From Raillietiella orientalis (taxonomy: Eukaryota), in assembly GCA_036172245.1 (NCBI GenBank), contig JAYWIR010000018.1, forward strand, positions 868,001-932,000: a DNA stretch of 64,000 nt. Reading direction: 5' to 3'. The number at the start of each line of letters is the position of its first letter. The first letter of the stretch is position 1. The notes below the pieces were generated by a model. It made no database searches and was not told the origin of the DNA. It saw only the letters and a list, made by a program, of their open reading frames with translations. The translations under genes were made by a program, and so were the position numbers. Shown one piece after another: positions 12,270 to 25,749 of this stretch.

Positions 12270-13560
12270 GAGCGGCACCAAGCGTTTCGAATCCCCAAGC
12301 TGAGGATTGATGCCAGAGAAATGGGGGGCATCGTGGGTTCGAGTCACCCGCACAGGATAGCGCTGGTTGACCTGTAGGCTTCGGGTACGGCACTAGTGGA
12401 AGCCGGGTGGCTTTCCCGCTGATCGGCCGGGACTGGAAGTTGACCTTCCAGGGTCTTTACAGGAATCAAGGAGCCCTTCGAGTTGCGAAGAGGGGCTGTG
12501 GAGCTGGAGGACTGATACCTCTCCAGAGTGTGAAGAGGTGCGCTGCTCCCTTCGGGGAGCGATCCTCCAGAGGAAATTGGGAAGCGTCCCTTCGGGGTTC
12601 TCTTCGGAAGAGGGAGCAGAGATCGGTTCCCTTGCAGGTTCACTCCGGAGAATAAGTGAGAAACTGTCCCCACAAACCAGGGGATCTCTCCGGAGAGAAT
12701 AAGGAAGAGGTGATTCCCTTCGGGACTTATTCGCAAGCGTAAGAGAAACGAATGGACTCCTTCCTCCGGAGCCCTTCCTGGATCCATAGGGTGGTCTCTA
12801 TTCTGAACAGTTAGCACGCACCCGCAGGTGGCATGGACAGCACTGAAGAGCTTCGCGCCCCCCTTTCCCCCTCCAAGGAGATGGATGGCTCTTCAGCACT
12901 TGGCGAGCCAAGGAAAAGAAAATCCTAGGATACAAAAGCTGGAAGGGAGGCAGCGGAACAGAAAGGAACCCAAAAGGATTTCCGTCGTACTAGGCCAAGT
13001 GCTACAGGTGCGGGAAGGAGAAGAGCTCCTGCCACACCTGCTGTTGGACTGTGCTGCCCTCCAATCACTTTGGAATCGCCTGGCGACGAACCCTAGGAAC
13101 CCCGGTGGGCGACCCCAGGAACTTTTTGAAACGCCTCTTCACGCGTGGTGCCGCACCGCCTCCAGCCGCGTCTCCCGCAGCTTACGGCACGCTGTCCTGC
13201 GTCCTCTGCATCCTGTTCAGGATGCTGGCGCGTTCCGTCCGTGTAGCGCCCGGGTGGAGCCATCTCGAGGCGGTCTCCAGGAAGATCCGAGCGCAGTGGA
13301 TGGCGTCCCTGCTATTTCGGCCTCTTTTCCTGGCGTTTCAGGCTGCCGCGATCCCACGAAGGCGGAGGAAAGCTTCCCTTCCTCGGTTCCCCTCCCCCCT
13401 CCTTCCCGTGTATAATTCCACCTCCCCTGTTTTGTTGGTTTATTTTCTTCGTCTTCGTTTTCTCCTCCTTCGAGCTGCCGAAGCGGACCTCACCGGCCTG
13501 CGCACCGCTCTTCGGCAGGTTCATTGCGCGTGGTAGAACCGACGGTTCGACCACACCAAT
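12270..13560 (+). mobile_element. L1/Tx1-like 3' half
   Basis: 12270-12850 is a diverged direct copy of 55680-56290; EELLPHLLLDCAAL zinc finger ~13020; structured 3' UTR 13475-13555. Confidence 0.65.
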
Positions 13561-13949
13561 GTATTCTCATTACGTTATGTAATAAATGCATCAGCATAAC
13601 TACGTGATAATGATCATAGGCCAACGGTAACGATCTCCCCATGAGGAGGCCACTGACCTTTAAAAAAAAAGGAAAAGACTTCTTCGCGGAAGGTCAAGAA
13701 GCTGCGGAAATCTTCTGCCGGCGCCGGACTTCTGCTTCTGCCTGGCAGTTTGGTTGATTCCTGCTCTGGAGCACGAGCTCTTCCGTCCCCGGAGGGAAGG
13801 AAGAAAAGGAAATTGGAGTGGAACTGTTGCTTGACCAGCACTGTTCGCGTCGTCTGATTTCTGCTGGGGCGATACCTCGGCTTGCAGTGGGCAGTCGTGT
13901 CACGAGCATCGAGACGCGGAAAGGTAGGTGGTGCTCAGCTGGTTTTCTT

Positions 13950-14470
13950 CACGTTTACGGATGATTCGGTTGTTATCAGGCAACTCCTCCCCATTCAGAA
14001 AAACACACACACACAAGAGAGAGAGATGCGAAAGAAGAGGCGTTGCTATGGGAGCGCGCCCTTCTCCAGCTGCAGATCACATCTCGTTGCCTAGGCGGAT
14101 CTGCGTTCGGAATGGCTGGAACCCTTGGCTGCAGAGTGCGGATCAGCACGCGGAAGGCTTGGGAGCCCTGCTGACCTCAATCGAACGCACGCGCGGACCC
14201 CCGTTACTCCTTTGGCGTGCGCGCTGATCCGAGGCGGAGAGGAAAGGGGCACAGAGGTGTTGGCGAGGCATTCGTCTCCGCCGACCGACCTTCCCCAGCG
14301 GAGGCGGCGGACACGACCTCGCCTGGGACGGGCGCCGCATCGGCACTCCCGCGCGTCAAGTGGCAACCGCGTTCCGCACAATCGCACCGCGTCGGCCAGA
14401 TGCAGAGATGAGATGATCTCTTTGTTACATCCGCCGAACCACATCCACTCGTTACGCAACCTTTCGCCGT
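13950..14470 (-). mobile_element. R2/NeSL-like C-terminal (CCHC/REL) remnant
   Basis: NEWM..AVRL..RLP..CRCG..ECLAN..RISAH..V..LRSAG follows the R2-type W..A..LR..LP..C..ETL.H..RH..L..G layout. Confidence 0.45.
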
Positions 14471-15687
14471 CGAGACGTGTGCAGATCAGCGGAGACGAAG
14501 GGAAGCTCCTTGTCCGCTCCCCTCACTGCCGCCTTGAATGGAGTGCGCTCCGTCCCGATGCGCTCGCAGAGCGCGCGATATCCCGGTAAGCCATTCATTT
14601 GACGGATATCACCACCGAAATGCAGTCCTCGCAGGATTAATTTGGGACATTTATCCGTTTCGGGGGAACCGGGAAGACGTCCCCCATTTCGCTCCACTCG
14701 AGGCAATTAGAACTCACCGTTCTTGCGAAAACTTGCCGCTATGTTAATAAACACAGAGTAAACAGAGTTACGCCACGGTGGCACGCAAGAGGCTGGGGTG
14801 GGGACCGCACGCATTTATGAGGGTTTTCATGTAACGTGCGCGACAAATATCACGTACTCCGCGTCACACATAAGTTATTCAGTGGGTATCATTCCATTCC
14901 GTACGAGGAAGGGTCGCATTGAAAGGTGGGATGCTCCCATTGCCATCCACATCTATCTGCCCACACACACACACGTGCCTATCAGAAACGCGCATACATT
15001 TGTGCTCATGTATTCATATGTAACGCTCATGCCGATAAATAAAAGCAGCTTCCGCTAAGAAACTGCTTCCAGCATTCACCAAGGGCAAGGAGGCTGTTCT
15101 GATCCGGTGGTTCTTTCGAAGGTCTCTTCCTGGAGAGTTGTATCTGCGGAGTGTCGCTCGGGCCTCGCGTGTGTGCCATCCGAGGGTTCACCTTTGGTGA
15201 ACACGTGAGGCAGACACAGCTCCAAGGGGATGAGGGCATTGCCTCTCGCAGAATCAGGGAGAAGCCGTGTCCTGCGTCGGACAGGCATCGCGCGTCCAGC
15301 TGCTGTACGGGGTCACCTAAGGTTCTTCTTTGAACGCCGCTTCACGCACTCGGCTCTATTCCGTTCCGCCGTCCTTGCGAGCGGCGCATGCAAGAACGCT
15401 GACCCATGCGTAAGGAGGCACGAGGAGAAACTGACCAGCATCTTTGCGCTGATTCAGAGGACCTTGGGAACCCAAACGTGGACCCTTCCTTTGCCCCCTT
15501 CTCTCACAATTTGAGAAGCAATCATTCTGGGAGGAAGGTTTTTTTTTTTTTTTTACTTCCCACCCGTCTTTCCCTGCGTTGACCTCTCTGGAAAGCCTGC
15601 TTGCGAGTAGGGATCCCTCCTGCAATCGGACGGTCGCTGCGAGCAAAGGACTCTTGTCCTTTTCTTTTTTGAAGATAGCTTTCATAA

Positions 15688-15900
15688 GAAACACCCGGGT
15701 AATTTATTTAAAATAAATGAGAAAACCAAAACACACAGCTGAAGATGGACACGCGTCGGTCCGTACCCAACGGGACTACCAGCACTGGGGACAGAGCTAG
15801 GGAAGAGGGAAGGGAGGAACAATGAATAAATAAGAGATGGAACGCACTGGCTCCGCGGTACTCACCCGAGGTGAACATGCGTAAACAAGAAGCCATGAAG
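15688..15900 (-). mobile_element. Isolated retroelement 3' UTR remnant
   Basis: Minus strand is pyrimidine-rich and ends TTTTAAATAAATTACCCGGGTGT (collapsed terminal motif); shares CACTGGGGA/CGCTGGGGA with 17772 and ~31955. Confidence 0.4.
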
Positions 15901-16149
15901 TGGCGCCTGGTTGAGGCTCTGAGTATAGGGACGGACCCAGACTCACGCTCTTAACCGTGGCATGCGAAATTCGGTCTTCGTTGCTAAGAAAAGCGACTAT
16001 CTGTTGAACCTCGCCAAAGGAACAATGAGGGGGGGGAGGGGGATGGTGGCTTCAGACCCAGCCAATCCACGGAGGCGGCGATTTAAAACTCCGACCGAAT
16101 CCTGTTGCCCCAGGACGAAAGGTGAGTCATCATATCCGGCGTTACCTTC

Positions 16150-16600
16150 CCATACGAGAACGTCAGAGATGGCTATTCGTCATTCCTCCCTTTGTGCTGA
16201 ACCATCACAAATCTTTGCGGGTGTGCATTTCCGGATCTCTGGAGTCGGCTGCTCCCTGCCGTAGCGGCATGCTCCCGAGGTTGAATCCATCCTCTCCAGG
16301 CTTGCGTACAAGCGACGTTTTCCTACGGCCGCCATCGAAGCAGCCATGGCGCGAGTGGAACCTGCTGTAACAACATGCTCGGTTTCTCGTCGCCGTGCAG
16401 TTGGTGCACTTGTGGCGCGAGCGCTACGACAGCCAGGACACCTCGAAACACCAGAGCGTGGCGCATCTTGATGGACTTTATATGGCCTCTAGAGGCGTCT
16501 GGCATCGGCGTGAGCCGCCCGCGAGATGCATCCCTTGCCATGGCGACCGCCGGCACCTCACACACGGAGAGGGCTCGCTGAGTCGCCGCCTCGTCACCTG
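16150..16600 (-). mobile_element. R2-like C-terminal zinc-finger remnant
   Basis: HIKSIKMRHAL, then KCTNC, EKPSMLLQQ and SRHG across adjacent frames. Confidence 0.45.
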
Positions 16601-17740
16601 CGCCCGTCGTCTCTGCTGCTCTGGAAGATTAAGGCATGATGCAATGGCAGTGCAGCTCCAGGAACCTGTCTTCCGAACTCTTGGGTGAAAGTACCGGCGG
16701 CTGGACAATCCGAAGATTCGAGCTGCTTGCCACGGAGGGGAGACCGCGATGCGAGACCAAGCGAGCAGCGCCCGAGTAGAAGACAGAACTTCCCTACGGG
16801 CCAGCTTTCTGCGACACCGGCGAAGAGCGGGAAGGAATAGAAACATCCCTCTCTCCCTCTGGAACAGAACCTCAGTGGGAGCTGAACGTCCGGACAGGAC
16901 GAGACCCGGCTGTCCTCTTGGATCCGCGAGCCCAGGAACGAAGTACGACCGGTACCCGATCCGCACTCAGACACTTCTCCTCTCTCGAAGGTTTCGAGCT
17001 GGGAACACCGCAGACGACAGAGATTCACTCGCGTTCCCGTGAGAAGCGGAGGCAGACCACGATGCGGACGGTCGCTCCCCGCATTCTCTGTGACCTCTTC
17101 CGCGGACACAAGCAGGAACGTCTTTATCCGGGAGAGGCGGACTCCGATGCCGGAAACATCCTGTCGAGTCTTGCTGCAGGGTCGTCCGGCTCCCAAGAAA
17201 AAAAAAACAGGAGTGACCACGCAGGCTCCACACCGCTAAAAAAAGGAACCGCCTTTCCATACCACTTTTCCTACGCGAGCGTGCCTCGAAAGGACGCTCC
17301 CGAAGAGCGAAAACTGATGTCTCCTCACCGTTCCCCAGTTCTTCGAAAGATCTCTTCTTCAACTCTTATCCCTCCAGAACAAAAGCCGATTCTGACTCCG
17401 GGGAGAGCAGGCCTCCATCCGCCCACCCGTTCTACCCACGACTTCCTCCTTATCTCTGGACCGCTTCTCTGTAGAGCAACGATTCCGGATCGCTGTATGC
17501 TAGTGAATGCAGAGTGGAGTTGGGCAGGGAGGAGAAAACTCCTGTGGAGTCAACATCCTTCACGACGGCTCATTGGTGAAGTTCATTCTTGATCTGGAAA
17601 CAACGGGATCCAGAGAGACAGGATGAGAAGACAGAAATGCAAGCGATGCTTGAAAGCATGGACTCCTGCCGAGACCACGGAAAGCGTGGGAATTTTCACG
17701 GTGCAGCGATCGGAGCGGGAGATGATGCTTCAGGGAACCG

Positions 17741-18266
17741 AGACCCAAAGAGCCACGCTCACTGAATACAGCACTGGGGAGGAATCGAGGAACAGCAGCG
17801 ACGGTCGAAGGATAGAGAAATGGGCGTTGGGACGGATCAGTGCCCCACGACCGTGAACGGTCGTTCCCGAGGGACCCACGTCGGGCAGGGGAGGGATGAG
17901 AGGAAGGACCGTGCGTGCGTTCACCGCTTCCCGGTTACACCACCCGCGGGCTCTGCCCTTCGTGGCCCACGTCCCGGATCGGACCACTGAGTCGGCTTCC
18001 GCGCGAGGGCGAAGGCGACCGCGAACGGCTACCCGGCAGGTGACGACGGCTGCATCCTTCCTCCATGGGGTCCATCGCCGTTGGCTCGCACGTGGCAGAA
18101 AACGTGCCGGCGAGGAAGCGACCGGCAGGCGTCTGGACAAGTGAGGGGCATCGGAGGCCTGGTCTATCTGGGAAGCAGGCGTGCCCCTGCGACGGCTCGC
18201 GCATCCGTACCCTCCGCAGTCTTCCGCATCCGAGGAACGTGTGCGGTAGGGTTCCCATTGTCCTGC
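17741..18266 (+). repeat. Left arm of long inverted repeat (partner 31464-31980)
   Basis: 17792-18239 is the reverse complement of 31491-31938 with 2 mismatches by manual comparison; diverged homology continues on both sides. Confidence 0.95.
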
Positions 18267-18539
18267 AGTGAACGCACTGCTCCCCGCAAAGTCCTGGCGG
18301 CGTTCCTTGTTACGGGGGGTGATGAGGTGTTCCTAGTTGAGTCGATGAGATGGCGGTCTGCCGGCAGAGTAGAGGGAGGGCAAGTCGTCGTTCGGGAATC
18401 TCAGGACCTCGAAGTTTTCTCGATCCATCTTTGCGAGACCTGAAAGAGGTCTTCGGGAGTGGCTTAGTTCGCAGAAGAGACGTCCCCCATTGAGCGGAGG
18501 TTTCGGTGACCTTACAATTAGGCAGGTCACTTTTCACTA

Positions 18540-19400
18540 CTCTGAGAGAGTGTGTGCTTCTTTCCAAAGATTCAGTAGAGTATGCATGGCTCCCTGAGTG
18601 GCTTCTCTCCGAAAAGCAGGCCGGCATCGTATCTTGGTCTCTTGACTAAGATCAGAGTGCATCAGCGTCGAGGGTGACCACGTGACTAAGTGGAGACATG
18701 GTCTTCTCCTCAGTTCATCCTCGGTGTCTGCAAGGGTGACTATGCCATCGGCATAATCCAGAGGGACGCCATAACTTTCCCTTGTCACCCGTAGGATCGG
18801 TTTGTATGTCTCCGAGAAGTTTTTCCCAAGAAGTCGATGGCATTCTTGTGGGAAAGTGTTGAGCCCTCTAGAAGCCTCAAGGTTCCCAGTGAGAGGGAAG
18901 CGTTCCCGGCTGATGTCATGCTTTGACAGTGATTGGTTTGAGCAGTGGTGACCATCCATTACCCAGAAGTCCTTGGGTAGGGTTTTGGACTGCTGTCTGC
19001 TTGTAGGGAACGCAAGGGACTCCGAAAAGGTTGTTCCTGTGTTTTTTCAAGCCAAATGTGCACTGGGTGATGATGCTCGGTACGTCTCCGCAGGGAAGAC
19101 GGATCGGGCTTTCTTTAAAATGGGTACCTCGAACGTGGGATGGAGCCGAAATCTTACACGGAACCCGTAAGATTCGATCCAGGAGTGAACGAGAGCATTC
19201 ACCATGGATCGCCATCCATCGGAAGATATGAGGCGGGATCTCTCTTTCCGGACGAGGAGAAATCAAAATGAACTTCCCACAGGAGACGTCACCCCCAGCC
19301 GAGGTCCTTCCGGCTGAATCATTCCTCCCTGCCCACTGTCACCCCAGAGCGTCCCGCAACATTCGATCTGCAGCTGCTTCCTCCGAAATCCCCTTGAAAT
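18540..19400 (-). mobile_element. Non-LTR reverse transcriptase remnant
   Basis: PLDYADGIVTLADTEDELRR (YADD box and following helix) at ~18710-18770; upstream LLDRILR and Q.GFR-like remnants. Confidence 0.6.
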
Positions 19401-20520
19401 TCCTTTAAAGGACCAATGGAAGCTGCATGGAATGATCCTGTATGCTACATCACCCTTCGACGCATTTACACGCGCAATGCACGCCCTACGAATCGACCCG
19501 AAGTGCCTCATCTCCTACGGGGCGCGAAACTCCTCCTCCGCCGTCATCATGGCAGACAACCCAGCACCAGGCTCCTTGTACGTTGACAGGAGTTCGGCTC
19601 GTCCTTTCCTCTTCCCTCGATCGTCGTCTCGGGGCCAAAGGGTGAACGGCTGCGGGACGCTCTTACAAAAAGAACGGGTGAGATGAGGGGAGGAGAGCAA
19701 GGGTGCGTTCCCCATCCTCCTGCAACGGAGGGCTCTTGCAATCTCGGATTGGCCGTCAGGAGCGAAGATCGGGTGATGCAAAGAAGCAGATGCAGGAACG
19801 GTGATCCGAGGAGGAGCTGCATGAAGCCGGCGCCTCTGAGGGTGCGTGCTGTCGGGAATGCCACTGGATCGCTGCGGCCGGAGCTCTTCCTCGCTGGTTC
19901 CTCAGGTTAGTCGAAACAGGAGAATCATCGGGAAGAATCACACAGCATCGCAGTCTACTCAGGGACAGCAACCAAAGGATCAAAGGGTGGGCGGAGCTCA
20001 TTCGCTCCCGTGGCTATGCAAGCCGTTGAGGTCGCCTGAAAGAGACCGCTGGAAGGAACGTTCAAGTGACCTGCGGGTGATTCTGCGCAGGAAGATCAGG
20101 AAAGTGAAGGGAGGGGGGAGGATTAGAGGCGAAGGCGGAGGTGGAGCAACCTGCAATCCGATCGCGCCAAACAGTTTCCGATCCTGGTTCTTGGAAAAAA
20201 AAAAACGAAGTTGACACCACTCCGATAACTGCTTCCAGGAAGAAGAAGGCGCGGGTGAGTGCCCAGGATGGGCGCTTTTGATCCTTGCTGAATCGCAGGT
20301 GTCGGAACATCCGCAGCTCGGCCCCGTCCCAAGGGGGACAGACACAGAGAAGGTGAGAGGTCGAGGGGCAGATTTTCGGGGAAAAACTGAGAACACGACT
20401 CTGAGCAACTGAGGAGGGGCAGAGAGGGAAAAAAATGCTTGCCCACCCGGCGTGCTCCTTGGAAGGCGCTCTCGCAACAGCGAAATCAGACGGATCTCAT
20501 ATCCAGAGGCTTTGGCTATT

Positions 20521-21000
20521 TCTTGTTGTTTCCCACCCGGGTGCGCCGGGGTGTTTATTACTAAACTATCCGGGAACAGGGTTCCTGGACAAAGGACACA
20601 GAAAAACGAATGGAGGGATCCCCGACACACAGGTCGGTAAACCGAAAGTCCGGAACGGGAGTGAGAAGACCACAAATACACGTATAAAAAATAGAAATAA
20701 AGATATGAGGTTTTGGCTATGGTGGCCTTCCGGTGCGCGCGAAAAACACAGCCACTCTTGCAGGAACCTGGAAGAGACAGTTTCAGGAAAAGCTGATTGG
20801 AGGATTTATCCAGGTAGGCATTTTCGGGTTTTTGCAGATGGAAGGCAGCTGATGGAGTCAAGTGGAGGCGAAGCTGGGAAGCCAAGGGAGTTGGTCAGCC
20901 ACGTCAAAATTCCGTTCGCACAGAGTGACCCACTTGGGAACCGACCCGCCTCAAGCATGGCACTGCGTGCCTCAACGGGCGGGGCTCAGCGGCCCCAAAT
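20521..21000 (-). mobile_element. Retroelement 3' end
   Basis: T-rich UTR with AATAAA-cac-CCCGG-cgcac-CCGGGTGGGAAACAACAAGA on the minus strand (20521-20560). Confidence 0.45.
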
Positions 21001-21290
21001 GGAGTACCACGCCCTTTGTGGGCAGCTGGCGGAGGAGTTGACCGCCATCTGAGCAGCCCGGCTTCTTGGCGCTGCTATAATGGATCCAATAAAAAAAAGG
21101 GACGGGCTGAACGCTGAACAGGGGCCGACCCACCTCTGCTTGTACAGATTGCGCCACTGGAAACCGACCCGGCTCAAGTGCGGCAAAATGCAACGAGGTT
21201 CAGATGGTGAATGACTCCGTTTTGAGTGGCTCATCCTGCACCGGGAGCGCAGGACGCAGGCTCAGCATAGACCTGGGGTGCTTAGGAACC

Positions 21291-24150
21291 TTGTCGTTGC
21301 CACCCGGATATGCCGGTACGTTTATTCAAATTCATTACACAGTCATTACAAAACGTGGTACAAGGCCCCACTAACTTCCAACACAACGCTGGGCCTGCCG
21401 GGACGCCGACCAGACCAGAGTGACTCTCCTCGGGAGTGGAAGGAGATGGGGAAAAAACAAAAACAAAAATAAAACAATAAGAAAAAAAAGGATAGAATTT
21501 GGAGGGTCGGGAAGTGATAGGAACCTTGTCGAGGGAGCATCAAGTGGTCCTTATGCGGACCGAAGACATCGACGCAGATTTTTGCTACCGATCTTAATCT
21601 GAATGCAGTAGATGTAGACGTTCATCCGGCTCACATACAGGTGCTGCAAGATGGATTTGCGTAGAGCAGATACAAGAACTCCTGAGGATCATCCCACAGG
21701 CGCCATTAGCTCCGTAGACCCGCTCCCGGATCGAAACAGAGCCTATAGGTCATCCCCAGTCTTCCTGTTAGTCCGCAGGCAATGGAATTGCTTTTTGGAA
21801 TAACGGAAGATCTTATGGGCCAAGAATTCCAGCCTCCAGCTTCCCACGTTTCTCTTCTGTCTCTGAGGAATGATACTCGAAATGGAGCGGGTGGAACGAG
21901 GAATTCCTGGGTCGGCGCACGAAGCTGGTGGAGGAGCGCGCCCAAAATAGATGTCCCGAGAGTTCCCAACTGCGTTGGCGGAAGGATCAAATGGAGGCAT
22001 CTTAACATGGGACTATTTGGGCTGACCCCACTCGATGGGAGGGTGAGGAAGGAGATGCCTCTCAGGGCCCTACAGGGACTGAGAAGTCTGGTGCCTCTGG
22101 CGAAAATGCAGAGCTCTCATATTGGAGGATAGGATGCTTCGTCCCAGAACATACCCAGGAGGCTCAGCAGCACGCGGAGATGGTCGAGATCAGCGGAACA
22201 CTTGTGGGACGCTCTCTCCTGCGTGCAGGGGTGGCATTAGGGTAGGTTGGGATAGGTTTCTCCAGTCCGCATCGGCCCCGTGCCAGCACCGTTTCCATGC
22301 CTGCGAAGGTGCTCGGCGTGAAAGCATACCGTCAGGCGCGGGCAGAAGCAACAGTTTCAGGTGGCAGGCGATCGATGCAAAGCCAGAATGGGACATCTGC
22401 TCGGCGCCACGGGAGCGAAGCAGGAAATTGATGCGAGAGACGATCCAGTAGGGAGCGAAAGCTACTTCCGCCGCATAGATGTGGCGACTGCGAGTCCGGA
22501 ACGGAGGGGGAAAGGCAAACATCGCAACTCTTTCACCGCTGTTTCGCACCCCCGCGGGTGCAGAATTTTCCCTCGAGGACGAAAAGCCCTTCTCCAAGAG
22601 CAGTAGGGAAGGCGCCGGGATTCTTACCAGCGCCTTCCCTACCGCTCTCTCCAGAGACGATGCGAGAAGGTTGCCTAAATCGGGATGACATTCCTGGTTC
22701 TCTTGAACGGAATCCAGCCAGAGCGGTGTGATTTGCAAAGGAAGAGGAGGACGCGAAGATCCCCCCGGTAGAATTTGAAAGCGAGGATAGGAGGGAAGCT
22801 TTAGGTACGGGAACACTTCGTGGTGGATGGTTTCTAGGGATTCACTAGATCGTTCTGAAGATGGAAAAGGCAGCGCGTATGGGAAGGGGCGCGTAGTCCC
22901 AGTGCTGTCCATCCGAAAGCACACAGCCATTCCTGGAGTGTCCCTGCCTGCGTTTCTCGCTTGCCCCAAAGTACGACCGATGACCAGAGCATTCTCCATC
23001 ATCTTCGCTGACTGGCTGTTTCCTCCATTCGGTCTCTCACTCTAGACTGTGTTCTTCCGGCTGGCTCCTCCATTGGGCTCCGTGGAGCTTACTAGGGGTG
23101 CATGTTGGACCGCGTGTGTGTTGCATCACACTATTCCCTCTTTATGCTCTCCGTGCGTTTTCTGAAGATCCCTAGTGGGCTGACTTCGTCGTTCTCCAGA
23201 TTCGTGATTCCGAAAGGTCCTGCGACCATCTTTCTGACGGACGCTGGTGCTCCCTTCCCGGCGAAGAGGAGAGCCCGTTTTCTGCGATCCCTTCCTTCTC
23301 CATGTTTCCTCTGGCGCCTTGGAGGAGAACCCATACGGACTGGCAACTTTCACTCTAATTCCCTCCTCGCCATCCCGGAGCTGCCACCATCTTCATATTC
23401 CTGCAGTTTTTAATTTTTTATATTTTATTTTATTTTTGTTGGGGAGGGGGGAGAAGAGGAGGTTTCCTGAGGTTCTCGGCTGCCATTTTTCTCGCTTGGC
23501 CTTCTTCATCCGGGATACCAGCTCGTCCTGCTTCTCGATGACCGTGCTTTCGTTCCCGATGCAGTCGTGTCTCCCGGAACACGGTTGGGGATCTCCCACG
23601 CCTCGCGCAGTTCCTGCACGCACGGTCAATGTCATCCCTCGTGGGCCTTTCCCGTGAAGGTGACAAACCGAGTCGCTCCGCGCGAATCAACCCGCAGTGG
23701 GGAAAACCCTTGGTAGGATCTTGCTCACTTATCCTTTCGTTCGCAGTAAGTCCGCGAGGTCGTCACTTCTGGTGGGGACCCTGGGATGTCTTTCTGAAAG
23801 AGCTGAGCATCCAGAGAATGCAGGCAGGAATCGCCCGGAAGGAAAAGCAGTTTGATTCTTTGCGCTCCTCACCATCTGCTTCCTCCTCACCTGCATGTTT
23901 AGTCAGTCCTTTTGTCCCACGCGTGTCACCTCATGAGACTGAAACATAAAAAAAAAAACCTTTAAAGAAACCTCCATTTGCATCTGCATCGATCAACACC
24001 AGTTGGTCGATGTTCCCCAGCAGGAGATTGGATCCACCCATGGGTCCGACAGAGATTGCAGCCATATTGGATGCTCGGAGCAACCCATGAGGCCCCTCAT
24101 TTCTCAAGGTATGGTCACGGGATCCCACATTTTCCATTATTTTTTTCACT
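21291..24150 (-). mobile_element. Decayed L1/Tx1-like ORF2 with 3' end
   Basis: ORF 22190-23002 has DLGNLLASSL..VGKAL.RI..EKGFSSSRENS and AEVAF..INFLL (RT domains 1-3); DIYFG (YLG-like) ~21945; structured UTR 21340-21440; terminal motif 21291-21330. Confidence 0.55.
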
Positions 24151-24379
24151 TTGTGGATCTCACGATCCCGAAGAGCCTTCTGGCAAGGCGCGGACGGTCA
24201 CCTGAACATCCCTAGCTGACACGGAGACGGTGAGGTCTTTGCACTTGGTCTCCTTCTTCCTCTGCGTGGTCCCTCCAAACTCTTCGGATGAGCCCTCGAA
24301 GTGGCAGGTGTGACCCGAAAATTCCCCTTCCCCTCCCCGTGTAAAGAAACGTGAGAGCCCACTTCATCTTGTTGCGCGA

Positions 24380-24800
24380 GATCATTTCTCAGCTTCCTTC
24401 ACTTGCCGTCTTCACTGCGCATCAAAACCATCTCACCGACGAGTGTGCTGGGAAGAGTGCGATTTGGCACACAAGGCAGCGCCCCATCCCATGCTTGGCA
24501 GCTTCCGCAGCTACGATCCTATGCGCAACCGCTCCGGCCGGGCGGCGAACGCGGAGACCAAATGAACTCGGCGAAGACGATGGTGTGGTCCAGTGTGCGG
24601 CACAGCCGAGGCCCACCGGATGCAGCACCTCCCCCCCCTTCCTATCCGCGATTGAGAGAAGATCGGTGCAGTAGGAGAACCGGTGGCGTCTCTGTTCTCC
24701 TCTCCCTCGCCACCTCCATCTGGAGCAGTGCCGAAACGCTCGACCGGAGAAAGGCTGGATGCAGCCGCCGGGATTGAACTCCCAGAGAGGAACTGCGAGA
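24380..24800 (+). mobile_element. Jockey/I-group-like RT remnant
   Basis: TISPTSVLGRV (RPISLTSVLGK-like), YAQPLRPG (Q.GFRPG-like), AKTMVW (AFD.VW-like). Confidence 0.45.
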
Positions 24801-25749
24801 CTGTGGGGGTCCAGCAGCAGTGGAGGATGAACTCGTAGCACGAAGTCTTCCCCCTCCTCTCCACGGAAGCGCCACCACCCTCGAAGACCACATGGGCCTC
24901 TCTCCCCTCAGCGATGAGGTGGAGCTGCAGAAGTCGAGGGAACCCAGAGACAGGGTAGGCGCTTCGCCACCCGGCAGAGCAGCCAGGGCGGAGCACGCGA
25001 GTGCCCAGCTGGATTCTACGCATACGCGCACGAACCAAGATGAGTTTGCGTTTTTCTTTCGCTGCTTCCCATTCTGAACGGGGGAGCCGCCTGCTTTCCC
25101 GGTTGTCCGGGAAAGCGAGCAACCGCAGTGGGTGTCGGCGGGCAAGGATGCAGAGCTCGCGGAACGAAGTGCTGAGTTCTTATCCCTGGGGCCTGCGGTC
25201 GGTTCGCGATTGAGAAAAAGCCCGCATCCTGAAGGAAAATTCCTCATCCAGAGCGGATGCTCTGCTTGCTTTGTTCCCTGCTTCCCTCTCGGGCGAGGAA
25301 ACGAGCCGGGGACCTGCAATAGGATTTCGGCGTCACCCGAGCGTTTGATGAGCGAGGCGACCAGGAGACGAAGCGGGAACGTAAAGGGAGTCCCATTCAC
25401 CTGCCTCGGAGAGGAAGACGCCTCGCGGAACACAAGGACGCGTCTATGACCTCCGGCTTCTGGGAGGCTCGTTGAATGCTATCTCCCAGCGAGGATGGAG
25501 AAACCGGGCTTCCTTCCGGCAGGAAAGGGAAAGTGGCGCAGGTGTTCCGCAGCAGACGAGCGAATTCAGATCTCGCCGAACTCAAGGGTCCTCCGCGTTG
25601 CTACCACGACGAAACCAGGGAGGCGACAGACGAACCTTGGCAAGGAACCCCGGAACTGAAACGAAGGAGGAGGCTGCTCCGCTCACTGGGCCATCCGCTT
25701 GCTCTCAGGGCAAGCAGCTAAAAGGGGTGGGTGCCCCTAGAAGATCAGA

